Positions 45,134-57,571 of a DNA stretch of 64,000 nt are shown piece after piece. Made by a program: the position numbers and the translations under genes. The stretch is from Zancudomyces culisetae HAW-14-8 (taxonomy: Eukaryota; Fungi; Kickxellomycota). A model generated the notes under the pieces. The model was not told the DNA's origin. It did no database searches and was given only the letters and a program-made list of their open reading frames with translations. Numbering within the stretch: position 1 is the stretch's first letter; each line of letters begins with the position of its first letter. The stretch is from the NCBI GenBank assembly GCA_052426225.1, contig JBNJNM010000023.1:1-64000 (forward strand), given 5' to 3'.

Positions 45134-45550
45134 TCAAACTTCTGGGTTAAACCATATTACGGATTTTGCTCGACCTCCAATGTCATAAACCATATTTCCA
45201 GGATACAACCAGTGTTTCCTCAAAGAGTTGACGCACTTCCCTATACAGTTTCTTTGGGTGCAAAACATAATTGAACCAGCACCTTTCTTACCGCCATCAA
45301 GTATAGCAGAATTAATATTTGGTATGTTGTAGCACCCATTTGGTAGTATTGCCACAGTATTAATTTTGTGTTTATAGTATGTCGTTCTAAACATTTGCAT
45401 CTCCAATGTTCTTTTCTGTCTACTCAGAAGATTGTTGGGTTTATACTCGACGTTCTTGTTTGCATCTGCCAACTGAGAGTTTTCGGTGTTAGCACTGGCT
45501 ACAAATCTTGAGGCTATCAAAAGTACAATTGTCAACAAAATGTTTGCCAT
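45134..45550 (-). CDS. Small secreted protein, family S copy 3
   Basis: Signal peptide; KR site; MQMF..LPNGCYNI..MFCTQRNCIGKC..WLYP..SVIW. Confidence 0.87.
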   Translation of the reverse strand: MANILLTIVLLIASRFVASANTENSQLADANKNVEYKPNNLLSRQKRTLEMQMFRTTYYKHKINTVAILPNGCYNIPNINSAILDGGKKGAGSIMFCTQRNCIGKCVNSLRKHWLYPGNMVYDIGGRAKSVIWFNPEV

Positions 45551-47234
45551 TTTTGTTTTTAAAGTTTTCTGCTGTATTTTTTATATTCAAGATAATGTTT
45601 TAAATACTTTTGGAGTGATAAAAATGAATTATTCAAGGGGTTTTAATCCTTTTATACTTTTCTCTTATGATAAATCCTTCATATACATTAAAACGATATA
45701 TAAACTACAGTTATCAATACTCCAACTATCCAGAGAATTGTTGTTTTAAGACCATTCTGTTTTTTTTTCGAGGATTTAAATTTATATTTGTTTTTGACTA
45801 TAGTTGATTCTAGATTTAGCATTCCGTTTTATGGTTTGTGTAACAGCCATTCTTTTCCAATTTTGTCAAAATTACACTTTAATATTATATTTATGAACGA
45901 TTTGTGAGTAGAGTAATATGTTTTTATTCTAGTTTAATTAGTCTCATTTCAAGGCTAGATTACACATGTAATGAGTACTTCAATTTGGACTATTTTTTAT
46001 ATATGAAAAACTCTTGTTACTCATCATTTCTATTATAACCTGAATAACAGATTTCTAAAATCTATAAGCAAAATCATTAAGAATGTCATATTTCAATAAC
46101 TAACGAGCATTATAAAAAAAAACAATTTGCTTATATTACCATCCTTTCACACTTTCCTCATACTCCTCTTTCTAAGTTTCTGTTTTCATTTTGAACAAAT
46201 GTTGGGAGTGACTCAGTAGAAATTCAGCTATTAGGAATATAAAAAGCGATTGCTACAGAATAGAATCTATAGAAATAAATGCTAGTTATTCTAGATAATT
46301 CTCTGGTGCTTTTGGAATTATTGCTTTTTGAGTTTGCGTCTAGTCAAATGAACATTTACATGTCCAAACAAAACCTAAAAAAATATATATAACTCAAAAT
46401 ATAAAAAAGGAATACCATAGATCCAATAATTTAATAGTCTCGGGGTTTGATTCTAGTAAAGAGCAAGTGTTAAGGTGGTCGTCAAAAATAAAAACACAAC
46501 AGGCTTTTAAATAAAGTTAGTAGCAGAACATAGAATTATTCAGCTTCCCTTTTGCACTCTAGGCAGATTCAGGTATATGAACAAATTAACAAAAACCTGG
46601 AGGAAAGACATTGACATATTTTGGGTAATTGGAATTTTTCATTTGGTAGGTGCTAATATTGGGTTTAATCTAGTCTCAAAAAACAAAAACCAATTAATTT
46701 ACAGAACGTTTACATCACTTAGCATCCTATAAAGGTGCTAATACCCTTCAGTAAACAAAGTTCAGCAAAATAAATTTCATATTAATTCAAGGCGAGGTTC
46801 GTATTATTAGTTTATTGAGTACAAAACTCTGCTAATAAAAATAAACTAGCTTTTTAAAATTTGGGACTCACAAGATGATTAGAAATAAGCACAAGTGGTC
46901 ATATTTTTGAAAAAAACGTGTTAAGCATAATTATTTTCTTTTAAATACTGCAATGGTGTTGGTTGGACTATCTGCAATCAATTAAGTGATATTGTAACTG
47001 TATATAAAGCAATTCTGCTGGAGTAACTTCATGTTGAAATGTTAATTCTCTCAAAAATTCTCTACAATGAGTCCTATTTTACGCAAAAAGTCTTATTATT
47101 ACAGTATAACTGCATTTTGGGTTTATTAAAAATAAAACTCAATAAATCTAGATTATTTGTCTCGTTTGATACTTTTCATAAATCGAAAAAAAAAGAAAAC
47201 AGTGTAAGCTATAAAGAGACATTGGGTACAAATT

Positions 47235-47675
47235 CTAGTAATATGGTGAAATCCAAGTTACTGAAACTGCGGTTTTGTTTCCGAGATCTGCAAAAATATC
47301 TGGCAATTCATCTGATATTCTTCTGGGCATTACTCTGCATAGACCATTGCAGTCTTCCGCTGCACATGCCACCAAGGCCCCCTTATACTTCATGTATTTT
47401 TCTGCCCTAAGTGAATAGACATTTTCCACATTGTAGCACTCATTTGGCCTGAGAGCAATTTTTTTCTGCGATGAATCGAAATTGGTGTTACCGAAAAGTT
47501 CAACAGACAATCCTCTGGCTCTTTTTGATCTCTTGGTATACTTTTTTCCCAAATCCATATTTAGTTTGTAATTATCCATACCGTCAAAATTGAGCTTTTG
47601 AATATCAGAAGCGTTGTCAGCACTGACTACGACTGCGCCCAACAAAACTGAACCGAAAACGAATTGTCTAAGCAT
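47235..47675 (-). CDS. Small secreted protein, family S copy 4
   Basis: Signal peptide; KR sites; VELFGNTNF..RPNECYNV..VACAAEDCNGLC..SVTW; TATATAAA upstream. Confidence 0.87.
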   Translation of the reverse strand: MLRQFVFGSVLLGAVVVSADNASDIQKLNFDGMDNYKLNMDLGKKYTKRSKRARGLSVELFGNTNFDSSQKKIALRPNECYNVENVYSLRAEKYMKYKGALVACAAEDCNGLCRVMPRRISDELPDIFADLGNKTAVSVTWISPYY

Positions 47676-49830
47676 TTTTCTCTTTATCTATAGTGGTTGT
47701 AGTTACTTTACTAGAAAATGTTGTGGGATAGTTTGAAAAGCACATTAGGGTCATTTATATACTGTTTAAAACTCACTGAACACAACTAGTAACTTAACTC
47801 ATAGAATGAACAATAACATAGTAATATGAGTTTGAAGAGATTAGGAAATCCCTCTCTCAAGGGTTTATGCAAAACGCTTTTTGTATTTTAGGCTATCTAG
47901 CTTTTTTTTAGTGTTGCATTGTGTTTGTGCAGGTCGTATCTCCAAATACACTAAAATGCAAAGTAAAGACTGATCTTCATTAAAATAAAGCAACAGCATA
48001 AACTCTTATAAACGTCCATATTTTCAGCAATACAACCTTCAAGCATCTTCGCCTGTAATAGTAACGAGTTGGGACAATGTAGAAACACTTTAACAAACTT
48101 TTATGAAAAGAGTAATTACAGAGCTCAATCTCTTTGTTTATAAATTGAGTAACTACTAATGAGGTGCTTACTCTAAATTCTAAACATACACATCTGTATC
48201 TAGACTCGTAAATGCAGATCGCAATTTAGACTCGACAGAAACTCTAAGTTCGTATTCAAATCTTATTCGTGGGTTTTTCTGCTTAGAACAGGAATGTAAT
48301 GTTTAGTAGTGAATGCACCACTATTTATAGCGAACAAAGATAACAATGCGAATTCGGCACATTATTACAGTTAATGCTAGCAAAAAAAAAGGAATTATGT
48401 TATATATTTATTGATCTACTACCACATTATTTTATGCATATATCTCGTATTTAATTATGAGCCTCAAGTTTTATTGCATCATTAACGTTTTGCATTGCTG
48501 AGGTACTTTTAAGAATAAGAGTTTTTGGATTTCGACTTGCGAATAACTAGAGTTTTTTATTATGAAGCTACTAACCTCATAAGCCAAGTCGTAAAACCAT
48601 TGTTTTGAAGTTAATTCGTATTTAGAGCTTTACACTATTTAGTGGTTATTGGAAAACCAGAAAAACTAATTTTACTTGGCTAAAACTACAACTACTCATA
48701 ATCCTCTTACTAATTAAAACAAGCGTATATCTGGGTAAACAAAGTATCTAATTACCTAGAAATATTGTAGCACTTGAGTTTATTGAAGACAATTCCAAAG
48801 CCATTACAAAAAAAAAATAAAGACCTCAAGTTGATACTTTTTTTTTTCAATGTGATTCTTTCAGTATAAGACTACTTTTACATTGTTTGTAAACCACACC
48901 AACTTTCCCCTTCTTTGCTATTGTTTTGAAGGGGATCTGCTATAACAAAAAAACGCATATGATAAAAGTATAACACTTTCCACTTTCAACGCAGATAAAT
49001 AGTCAGTGCCCCTCCTCTTCCGAGTTTGAGCATTGTCAAATAAGCATGTTAAATCTGTTGAGTTAATCGACCTATTTTACCTTTTACCTCATTTTAGAAA
49101 AGCACATTCTTGTCACTCAATTCCCCTCCTCCTTCTCCGACTATTTCTCCCTGGGTCCCATTTTTATCCAATTTTCATAAGCATTTATCAATTGAATAAA
49201 CTGAACCTATTGATTGGTTAATTATTCTGTTTCAAGTTTATCTAAAAGCAAATAAATATGTATGGTGGAAGGTGGGTGGGCGAGTTGAAGAAAGGGGGGG
49301 AGGGGGGCGGGGAAAGAAGAGGTTTGTGCGTAAAAGAAAATAAATAAAAGAACATGAAAAAATATAAAATACAATCTCGTCTTTACAAATATTGGCTAGA
49401 CCCAAAAAAAAAAAACTAAAACATTGGCTAAACCCCGAATTGGTGATAAAACCAAAACTACAAAAACTTGAAGATAAAATAGTTTAAATGTATTTATATA
49501 TTCACATGTTCGTGTGTTGTGTATGATATATAACCTGGAAAAATCAAATCGAAACAACACCAGTTATTAATAGGCATACTATACTAACGTTGACAGGGAA
49601 TAACAAAGTACAAAACAAAACAAAACAAAACAAAAAGTATTGTAAGTAAACCAGCTATATTCACGAAATTACTGTATTCCCCTCCAACAGATATACGTAT
49701 ATTTGCGTATATATACATATATACGGTTGTTGGTATGGTAATTGTAGAGAGGTTAGGGGTGTGGTGATGAACTCGATTTTGAGTATGAATGATAATATAA
49801 ATACAATCGCTGATAAAATGTAGAAATAAA

Positions 49831-51906
49831 ATGGCCATAATTCGACGGGTATTTGACAATGACAAAAAACTGCCACGGTTACCACTTCCGCCAGTAAGAC
49901 AAACCATGGAGAGATACTATGAATCTCTGCAGCCCCTTTTTACCGAGAGCGAGTTGTTGGAAATTAAAAAGAAAATTGACGAATTTCTGGCACCTAAACA
50001 TCAAGTAATTGGGGAAAATGGCGAAAAGCAGATGGTAAGCACGGCGGACGTGCTTCAGAAACGACTAGTTGAGTATGAGAAGACGCAGCAGTATAGTTGG
50101 TTGGAGCTTTGGTGGGAGGAAATGGCGTATTTGGGTTGGCGCGAGCCCTTGTTCATAAACTCTAACTATTGGGTTTCAATTTTCCCTCATCCAAAACCAT
50201 ATGGGCAGATAGGATACAAGGAACTTGGGATAAAAACACGCATGGAGCCTGGAAGAGCCGTTTTCAAGAATGTAGGGTATAGTGAGTTTCAAATCCGGGT
50301 AGCGGCAAGCATGATAAATAAAGCAGTCGAATTCAAAGATATGCTAGATAACGAACAGCTACCTTCGCATCTTGTCGGATCAAAACCTATGTGTATGAAC
50401 CAATTTAAAAACCTATTTGGGGTCACGAGATTGCCACGACCTGAGAGAGACGAGATATACAAGTATACGGGATATATAAAGTATATAATTGTTATGGTTC
50501 GAAATCAGATATACAGAGTACCCATTTACACTGAAAAAGGAAAGAGACTACTTGATGGTGATATGGAAGATCTTTTAAACAGAGTAGTTGAGGATGCACA
50601 AAGCTTAAAAGACAGCGAGCTTGAACCACCAATAGGTATAATAAGTGCGGGGCACCGTGATAGGTGGGCAGCGGCATATGCAGAACTGGCACAACACAAC
50701 AATCCAACTGCACAGGCAACATTGCAGGAAATCCAGCATTCGGCATTTGCAGTATCATTAGAGGATTTCTGTGTTCCTAAAGAGCGAGATGAGGCATCAT
50801 TTCAGAGGCTTTTGAAATCTGGAGCCAATTCAGGACACAACAGATGGTATGATAAACACATATCGATGATATTTGATAGAAATGGAAATTATGGAGCGAT
50901 GGGAGAACACTCGCCAGCAGATGCGGTAGTTCCAGCATACCTACACGAGTATGTGGCCACACAAACATACAATTCCAAAGTTAAGCTGGAAAAGGATAGA
51001 GGTAGTCCATCGGTGTTTAGATCGGTTGGGAGCGACGGTACTAGATTAGAATACCCAGAATATAGAGGCGATAGTGTTGAATCACCAAAAAGATTAAAAT
51101 TTGGAAAAGTATCAGAAAACGTTTTGAATATGATCAAAGAAACAGAGCAGGAACTTCAGGTTCTTGAACAAGAGAGTGTGGGACAGATGGTATATTTCCA
51201 AAAATACGGATCAAAGTACATAAAAAAACTGAAAGTATCACCAGATTCATATGTCCAGATGGCACTTCAGCTTAGCTATTACAAAATACATGGAAAGTTT
51301 GCGCCGACTTATGAGTCAGCAAGCACTCGGATGTACCAGCATGGACGTACGGAAACGATTCGATCGTTGACTAACGAAATGGCAGCGTTTGTAAAAACAA
51401 TGATGAATCGGGAAGCCAGCACAGAGGAAAAGTATGCAGCGTTGCAGGCAACATCTAAAAAACACAGCCAGGTTGTGAGGATGGCATCTAGTGGACAAGG
51501 GATAGACAGACACATGCTTGGGCTGAGACTCGCGTGTTCACGGTTGAGGCCAATAGAGAACGAGCCACGATGTGATTTTGCAGATGCAGAGGCAGTGTTT
51601 TCAGATGCAGCGTTTGCAAAATCAAGTACTTGGAGTCTATCAACATCCGGACTATTTCCCAATACGGTGATATCACATGCAGGGTTTGGATGTCCAGTGA
51701 TGCAGGAAGGGTATGGAATGAACTATATTATTAACCCAGAAGCTATTAAATTGGGGCTTGAAGGGAAAACAGGACCAAGGGCGGGGAAATCAGATGTGAC
51801 GCTGTATGCGCAGACGCTGTGCAAAGTGCTTGAAGAAATGCAATTCACATTTGCAAGAGTTATTGAAGGTGAAAAGAAACATAATGTTGGTAGTTCTAAG
51901 CTTTAA
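49831..51906 (+). CDS. Carnitine O-acyltransferase (choline/carnitine acyltransferase family), peroxisomal PTS1
   Basis: LPRLPLPP, NRWYDK, catalytic EHSPAD, YESASTRMYQHGRTETIRS, GQGIDRHMLGL, LSTS; ends in -SKL. Confidence 0.95.
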   Translation: MAIIRRVFDNDKKLPRLPLPPVRQTMERYYESLQPLFTESELLEIKKKIDEFLAPKHQVIGENGEKQMVSTADVLQKRLVEYEKTQQYSWLELWWEEMAYLGWREPLFINSNYWVSIFPHPKPYGQIGYKELGIKTRMEPGRAVFKNVGYSEFQIRVAASMINKAVEFKDMLDNEQLPSHLVGSKPMCMNQFKNLFGVTRLPRPERDEIYKYTGYIKYIIVMVRNQIYRVPIYTEKGKRLLDGDMEDLLNRVVEDAQSLKDSELEPPIGIISAGHRDRWAAAYAELAQHNNPTAQATLQEIQHSAFAVSLEDFCVPKERDEASFQRLLKSGANSGHNRWYDKHISMIFDRNGNYGAMGEHSPADAVVPAYLHEYVATQTYNSKVKLEKDRGSPSVFRSVGSDGTRLEYPEYRGDSVESPKRLKFGKVSENVLNMIKETEQELQVLEQESVGQMVYFQKYGSKYIKKLKVSPDSYVQMALQLSYYKIHGKFAPTYESASTRMYQHGRTETIRSLTNEMAAFVKTMMNREASTEEKYAALQATSKKHSQVVRMASSGQGIDRHMLGLRLACSRLRPIENEPRCDFADAEAVFSDAAFAKSSTWSLSTSGLFPNTVISHAGFGCPVMQEGYGMNYIINPEAIKLGLEGKTGPRAGKSDVTLYAQTLCKVLEEMQFTFARVIEGEKKHNVGSSKL

Positions 51907-51947
51907 GGTGGAGAAAAAGAGAAAGAGAAAGAAAAAAAAATTACAAG

Positions 51948-54900
51948 TTAAAATGAAAGACTATCTAAAATAAGCTGAGAAATGAAAAGCCTTTTTTTTG
52001 TTTTAGAATCAATTTTGGTTTGATTATTGAGATTGTTTTTGGTAGAAAACCGTTTGATTTTCCGAATAAAGTTTTTAGAACACTTTAAATCTGAATTTTG
52101 GAGACTGTGATTACTATCGTGATTATTATTATGATTGTGGTGAAGAGATAGCAAGAACTGAACCAAATCAAGACAGTTGAGTTTAAAAGCAAGTTTCAAA
52201 GGCAGACCATTATGGCTATTTATATTGACACCATGACGTAACAGTAGCTTGAGCATATCGACATTTCTATGGAGAAAGGCTTCATAGACACCAAAGTTGG
52301 TATTTACAATCAAGTTTGGCGAGACGGAAAGCAGAAACGATACAAGTGGAATATTGTTGTTTTTGCAAGCCTGGATTACACCACAATTTGAACCTCTTTG
52401 TATGACAGCACCATGATCATGTAGTAGAATAGCCATTTCCAAATTGTTGTTTTTGCAGGCTTCAGAAATAAGAGAATTGATATTGATATTGGTGTTGGTG
52501 TTGGTGTTGGTGTTGGTATTGGAATTGGAATTAAAATAATGTTGTTGACCAAGTGTAACACTATACAATAGTAGCAATTTTACAATTTCAAGATTGTTTG
52601 CTTTGACAGCTTGGAACAACACATCACAATTTCTATAAATCTGGGGCTGGTACTGCAAAAGCAAGTTGACTAGGTCGACATTGTTTATGCGGATTGCAGC
52701 ATTTATAGCAGCAAGCAGGTCGGAATTGTTAATGACACCAGCATGATCAAGCAAAAGACAAGCCAGCTGTGGATTGTTATAGGTAATGGCTAGAGTAATA
52801 CAGTAGCCAGAATCGTATTCCAGCTTTGCGCCGGCTTGGAGCAAAAGCGAGACGATTTGCAGGCTGTTGGCCATACAAGCGTGTTTGATTCCGTTGAATT
52901 CAGGTGACTTTAAATCAATGTTATTGTCAAGAAGTAGTTTTACCAACTCAACATTACCCGTCAAACACGCATTATTTAATCCGCTGAGTTGTAACTTGCC
53001 CAGAGTTGCACCGTTATCTATCAAGTATTTTACAATAAGTATATCGCCAAACATACAAGACTCCAACACTCCATTACAGTTTGGATCGCTTAAATCACAT
53101 CCAAGTTGTACAAGCAGTTTGACCATTTCAAGATTTCCCACAAGACAAGCTGATTTTATTCCATTATACTCTTCTTTATCTTGCTTATTATCTTGTTTTT
53201 TACCTCGAGTTTGGTTCATCCAGTGTTTTAAAACCTCAACTCTTCCTGATTCACATGCTTCTTTTAGTCCATTGTACTTTGCCACTCCCAATTCTGCACC
53301 TTTTTTGCAAATAAAATAATCTATCCAGTAGATATCCCCCGACTTGTATGCTGTTCTCAACACCAACGAGTTTTGCGTATTAACTTGTACCCCGTTTTCT
53401 ATCAAAACCCGCAAGATCTCAAGATCTCTCCTTCTTAGCTCACTATTCATTTCTACTAGTTTTATATCATCAAATATTTCCCCAACTTGGAAACATGCCA
53501 ATTTCCCTTTCAACTTTTGTTGTGAATATTTACTCGAGCGTTGAATATCATCCACTCCAACTCTAAACTCGTTATCCTTTTTCTTTCTCCTCTTCGTCTT
53601 CCTCTTCTTGTTTACACCTACTTCATCCTGTTCAACAATCTCGTTTCTAATCACAAACTCTACTATCTCCATAATCTTTTTTCTACATTTACGCATAACT
53701 CTATTGATAAAATCGTCATACCCCCAGTGAACATTCTCCAATAACAGTTTTATACTCTCTACATCCTTCGCTGCCAAATAATGCGTGAGTCTTACATACA
53801 CATCCCTATCAAGCCCTAACCCATAAACTACTAGATGTTCAAGTACCTTATCAACACATGCCTTTTGTCCCTTGTCCTTCTTGTCTTGGATATATCCATT
53901 CTGGTTCTTGTCAATTCGGTATGAAACAGACAGTATATGCTGCATTATCTCATAAATGTTGTTTGTACATACTCCTGTGAGCAAATACTTTTCTTGTCCA
54001 CAAACAGATGCTCCGTTCTCCATTAACAACATTATCATCTCAATATTCTTATGATCACAGGCCATCCTCAACCCTTTAAACCCAGAATCAGCTACCTTCA
54101 ACCCTCCCACATCAATAATTTGCTGTACCAACTCAACACTCCCTGCCCTGATTGCCCCCAATAAACTTGTCATTGTCGCTGTTTTCGGGTAATCTTGTAA
54201 TACCCTCTTGGCCAGTTCATACTCTTTGTTTTTAATTACTGCCTGCAACACATTTTCATCCAGTTCTCCCCTCAACAGCTCTTTATTATCCATGACATAC
54301 CTAATCAGTCCAACATTATTCGTTTTATACGCCATCCGCATAACCTTCTCAATATTCACCGAATTTAACTCCACATCCACTAGTACCTCTTTTGCAAAAT
54401 TTCCTTTGTTAAGGTATACTGACGTGTCAAATATCTTCTGTCCACTTATACCACACACGCTACCATTCCTGAAATATTCTAAAAATTTCCTTTTCTTGTA
54501 CATTATCGAATAAAAAAGACTCGCTTGCTTTAGTAATTGATCCATGTTGCTATAATACCCTTGCTTCTCAACATATTCGACAAAATCCCATACCCCCGAA
54601 TACCCCAGTCGCTTAAATAATATGAGCTCTTCAAGTCTTATTTCAAAATCAATGTCTATTTCACTAATTTCCTTCAGCTTCTCGAAATCTCCTGTAAAAC
54701 ATATCATTCTCGAACTTAAAAGTAAATAAAACAACATTGTTTTGTTCCCAACATGTGAAAAGCTCCCCTTAACATCAATCGGTATCCCACTCTGTACCTC
54801 AAACGTCCATCTACAAAGACTTATTAACCCTTCGATCCCTGCCTTGTTGTTCAACCCTAACAGATTCTCCACCATTATCTCCGAAGCTCTTCTCGTATTT

Positions 54901-55442
54901 ATAAGCGGTCTCAAGCAAAGCTCTTCAGAAATTACAGTATCAGTAAAATCTCTACTCATAGTATTCTCTATGTCACTGATACCTTCAATATCAATACTTA
55001 GGCTTTCATGTTTGTTCATGAACGTGGTATTCGCGTGTACAACCTTGGAGGTCTCCCTATCCACTACAATGTACATTGCGAATAACCTTAGTACCACATT
55101 CTTCCAGTTACTCTCAAGTGCCAGCTCTAGCAAATCCTCATACTTGATTCCTTTCATTTTTCTTATCAATAAAATCCCAACCGGTTCAATCGCTTTTATC
55201 CTAGGGTATTTGCCAAAGATTCTGTACAATCCCGTATAAACCTCGTTCTGTTTGGTACTACCAATATGTCTATATATGTACTCGCTGATTGTGTATGGCT
55301 CCTGGGATACATAATACGCTTTTTTGTTCACCAAAGCCACTTTGGGGTTTTGTGCAAGCACAAACACCCTTGACAGCAGGCTATCGGGAATTATATTGAA
55401 TCCACTTGAAATCTCAATCGCTCCGTTTAATTGCAGTGGCAT
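51948..55442 (-). CDS. Large ankyrin-repeat protein with an F-box-like N-terminus
   Basis: Many AC..G.LE.VKLLL..GA ankyrin repeats; N-terminal IPDSLLSRVF..LVNKK motif; basic NLS-like KKRKTKRRKKK. Confidence 0.88.
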   Translation of the reverse strand: MPLQLNGAIEISSGFNIIPDSLLSRVFVLAQNPKVALVNKKAYYVSQEPYTISEYIYRHIGSTKQNEVYTGLYRIFGKYPRIKAIEPVGILLIRKMKGIKYEDLLELALESNWKNVVLRLFAMYIVVDRETSKVVHANTTFMNKHESLSIDIEGISDIENTMSRDFTDTVISEELCLRPLINTRRASEIMVENLLGLNNKAGIEGLISLCRWTFEVQSGIPIDVKGSFSHVGNKTMLFYLLLSSRMICFTGDFEKLKEISEIDIDFEIRLEELILFKRLGYSGVWDFVEYVEKQGYYSNMDQLLKQASLFYSIMYKKRKFLEYFRNGSVCGISGQKIFDTSVYLNKGNFAKEVLVDVELNSVNIEKVMRMAYKTNNVGLIRYVMDNKELLRGELDENVLQAVIKNKEYELAKRVLQDYPKTATMTSLLGAIRAGSVELVQQIIDVGGLKVADSGFKGLRMACDHKNIEMIMLLMENGASVCGQEKYLLTGVCTNNIYEIMQHILSVSYRIDKNQNGYIQDKKDKGQKACVDKVLEHLVVYGLGLDRDVYVRLTHYLAAKDVESIKLLLENVHWGYDDFINRVMRKCRKKIMEIVEFVIRNEIVEQDEVGVNKKRKTKRRKKKDNEFRVGVDDIQRSSKYSQQKLKGKLACFQVGEIFDDIKLVEMNSELRRRDLEILRVLIENGVQVNTQNSLVLRTAYKSGDIYWIDYFICKKGAELGVAKYNGLKEACESGRVEVLKHWMNQTRGKKQDNKQDKEEYNGIKSACLVGNLEMVKLLVQLGCDLSDPNCNGVLESCMFGDILIVKYLIDNGATLGKLQLSGLNNACLTGNVELVKLLLDNNIDLKSPEFNGIKHACMANSLQIVSLLLQAGAKLEYDSGYCITLAITYNNPQLACLLLDHAGVINNSDLLAAINAAIRINNVDLVNLLLQYQPQIYRNCDVLFQAVKANNLEIVKLLLLYSVTLGQQHYFNSNSNTNTNTNTNTNININSLISEACKNNNLEMAILLHDHGAVIQRGSNCGVIQACKNNNIPLVSFLLSVSPNLIVNTNFGVYEAFLHRNVDMLKLLLRHGVNINSHNGLPLKLAFKLNCLDLVQFLLSLHHNHNNNHDSNHSLQNSDLKCSKNFIRKIKRFSTKNNLNNQTKIDSKTKKRLFISQLILDSLSF

Positions 55443-56804
55443 TTTTTATTATTATTCCTCTCTACTCTCTATGATTGCAAGGGATTACCATCCTCCCTCC
55501 TGTATATTCAATGTAAAAGTAAAATCGACGATTATTTTTTTCTTCTTGTTGTTCTTGCCTTGTACCCAGTTTTTGTGCATTTGTTTTTAGCAAATATCCT
55601 CTTTGTGCAGCTATGACTGCAAGTTGTGTACTCTAATTAATTGGCATTGTTCAAAAAACTAGACATTTTAAACACTTTTCAAGAATACAAATCTATTAAT
55701 GAAACACAGTGAATGTTGGTTTGTATTTCCAGAGTAACGATTATTAAGCTTTTGGAGAAAAAAGGCAGCAAATTTCAGTCAATTAACCACCAATCTTATT
55801 TGATCCGTTTTTTTAATTTGGAACAAACATTTGGTAAAACCAATTACGAACCCTGCTGTCATTACATAACCCTTAAAATTGCTAAATCCTATATTGGGAA
55901 TAATCCACCTCTCTTCCTTCCTTATTCCCTTGCTTACGCGAACAACAAGTATCCACTCAAAATATTTCTAAGAAGAGTTGGTGTTAGTATTTGCAAAACT
56001 ATCAACACTAGCTTTAGATAGAAAATATCAAAACGTAGAACGCTTTATTTCACTCAATCATCACTCTTTGACTGTTCCAACTATCTAATACGCTAAATGG
56101 AGACCAAAGTAATGTAATCTGGCTTGAGTTTATACTCCTCTCCCGACACACCACCATCATCATCATCATTGCCGTTTATTTCCTCAGTCGGTGCTAATTT
56201 ATAAAATTGAATTATCCTAAACATCAGTTATCTCCTCCTTTCCCTCACTCCTTCCTCATTCTAGCTATTTAAATAAGCTACGGTACACATATTGTTGTCA
56301 CCATTAAACATAATACAGCAAAGCCCATCCGTTGGTAGGTAACAACTCCGTAAATTTTCTGTTTCTATTTTGGGGACATTTTTTTTAGGCTTTTGGTTTG
56401 TTTTGTTTTTGGATTAAACTTAGGGTCGTTTTATGAATAAACTCATTGTTAATTACATTAAATTAAAATATCACTTTATTAACTCAACATTACCAATCAA
56501 ATTTGCCATATCAAAGCGTAAAACATTAGAAAAAAATTTTTTCTTTTCTTTCTCAGACCAACATTAATTTGTTTACTTTATTCTGGAGTTGCTAAAAAGT
56601 TAAACAAAGGCGCAAATCTGAATTATATTGGATGGCAATCAAAAAAAAAATGACATGAAAAAAATTTTTCAATCCAATTCAGTCCATTTCGGAAATGAGT
56701 TCATGTTTATATGTAGTCAGGGATATGAAGAACGCTTTTTCAACCAAACTCTTTCACTTTAACTTTGTCACAGTAAACAAGAAAGATTAAACTATCAAGA
56801 AAAA

Positions 56805-57571
56805 ATGGCTTCTGAACGCACATACATTATGGTCAAACCAGACGGTGTTGAACGTGGTCTGTAAGTGTTATCCCTTCCATTTACTCATTTGATGTTTTCC
56901 GATTTACTATTACGTCCTTTATACTCGATATTGTTCTGTACCTTTCTATTATCTGCTTGCAGGTATCCACATTATAAGCTTATTGGCCATACTATATCAT
57001 AAAATTGATTATCAATATTTAGGGTTGGAGAGATCGTCAAGCGCTTTGAAGTAAAGGGCTTCAAGATGTTGGCCATCCAAATGTTCAAGGTATGTTTTAT
57101 TTCAAGTATTATGCCCTATTTATTTAGATTTGTACATCTCTCCTGAAAAATGGGGGGCACTTGAAAGGTATATGTAAATTTTTCAATCACACGTATAAGT
57201 TATAACTGATTCTCATTAATTTATATCATTTATAAACACAGCCATCTGAGGAACATTTGAAGGAGCACTACAAAGATCTCGCACAGAAGCCATTTTTCCC
57301 CAAGCTTGTTTCATACATGTTGTCAGCACCAGTAGTCGGAATGGTCTGGGAAGGAAAAGGCGTTGTAGCAACTGGACGCAAGATGTTGGGAGAGACCAAC
57401 CCAGCAGCCTCCGCAGCCGGAACCATCCGTGGTGACTACTGCATTGACGTAGGAAAGAACTTGTGCCACGGTTCCGATTCAGTTGAATCTGCCGAGCGCG
57501 AAATCAGCCTTTGGTTCCCTAATGGAGTTACAAACTGGGCCCGTGGATTTGACTCACTCATCTACGAATAA
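56805..57571 (+). CDS. NDK1: Nucleoside diphosphate kinase; exons 56805-56860, 57023-57089, 57242-57571
   Basis: Spliced translation [19 protein letters not shown]|[13 protein letters not shown]..|[24 protein letters not shown]; GT-AG introns (GTAAGT, GTATGT). Confidence 0.96.

Noticed and set aside
42150-46680. Further very decayed family S copies (~42150-42260 +, ~43960-44200 +, ~46280-46680 +)
   Set aside because: Only isolated motif echoes (WSYP, SNAC, FCT..IGFN); too weak to support by eye and would need an HMM search.
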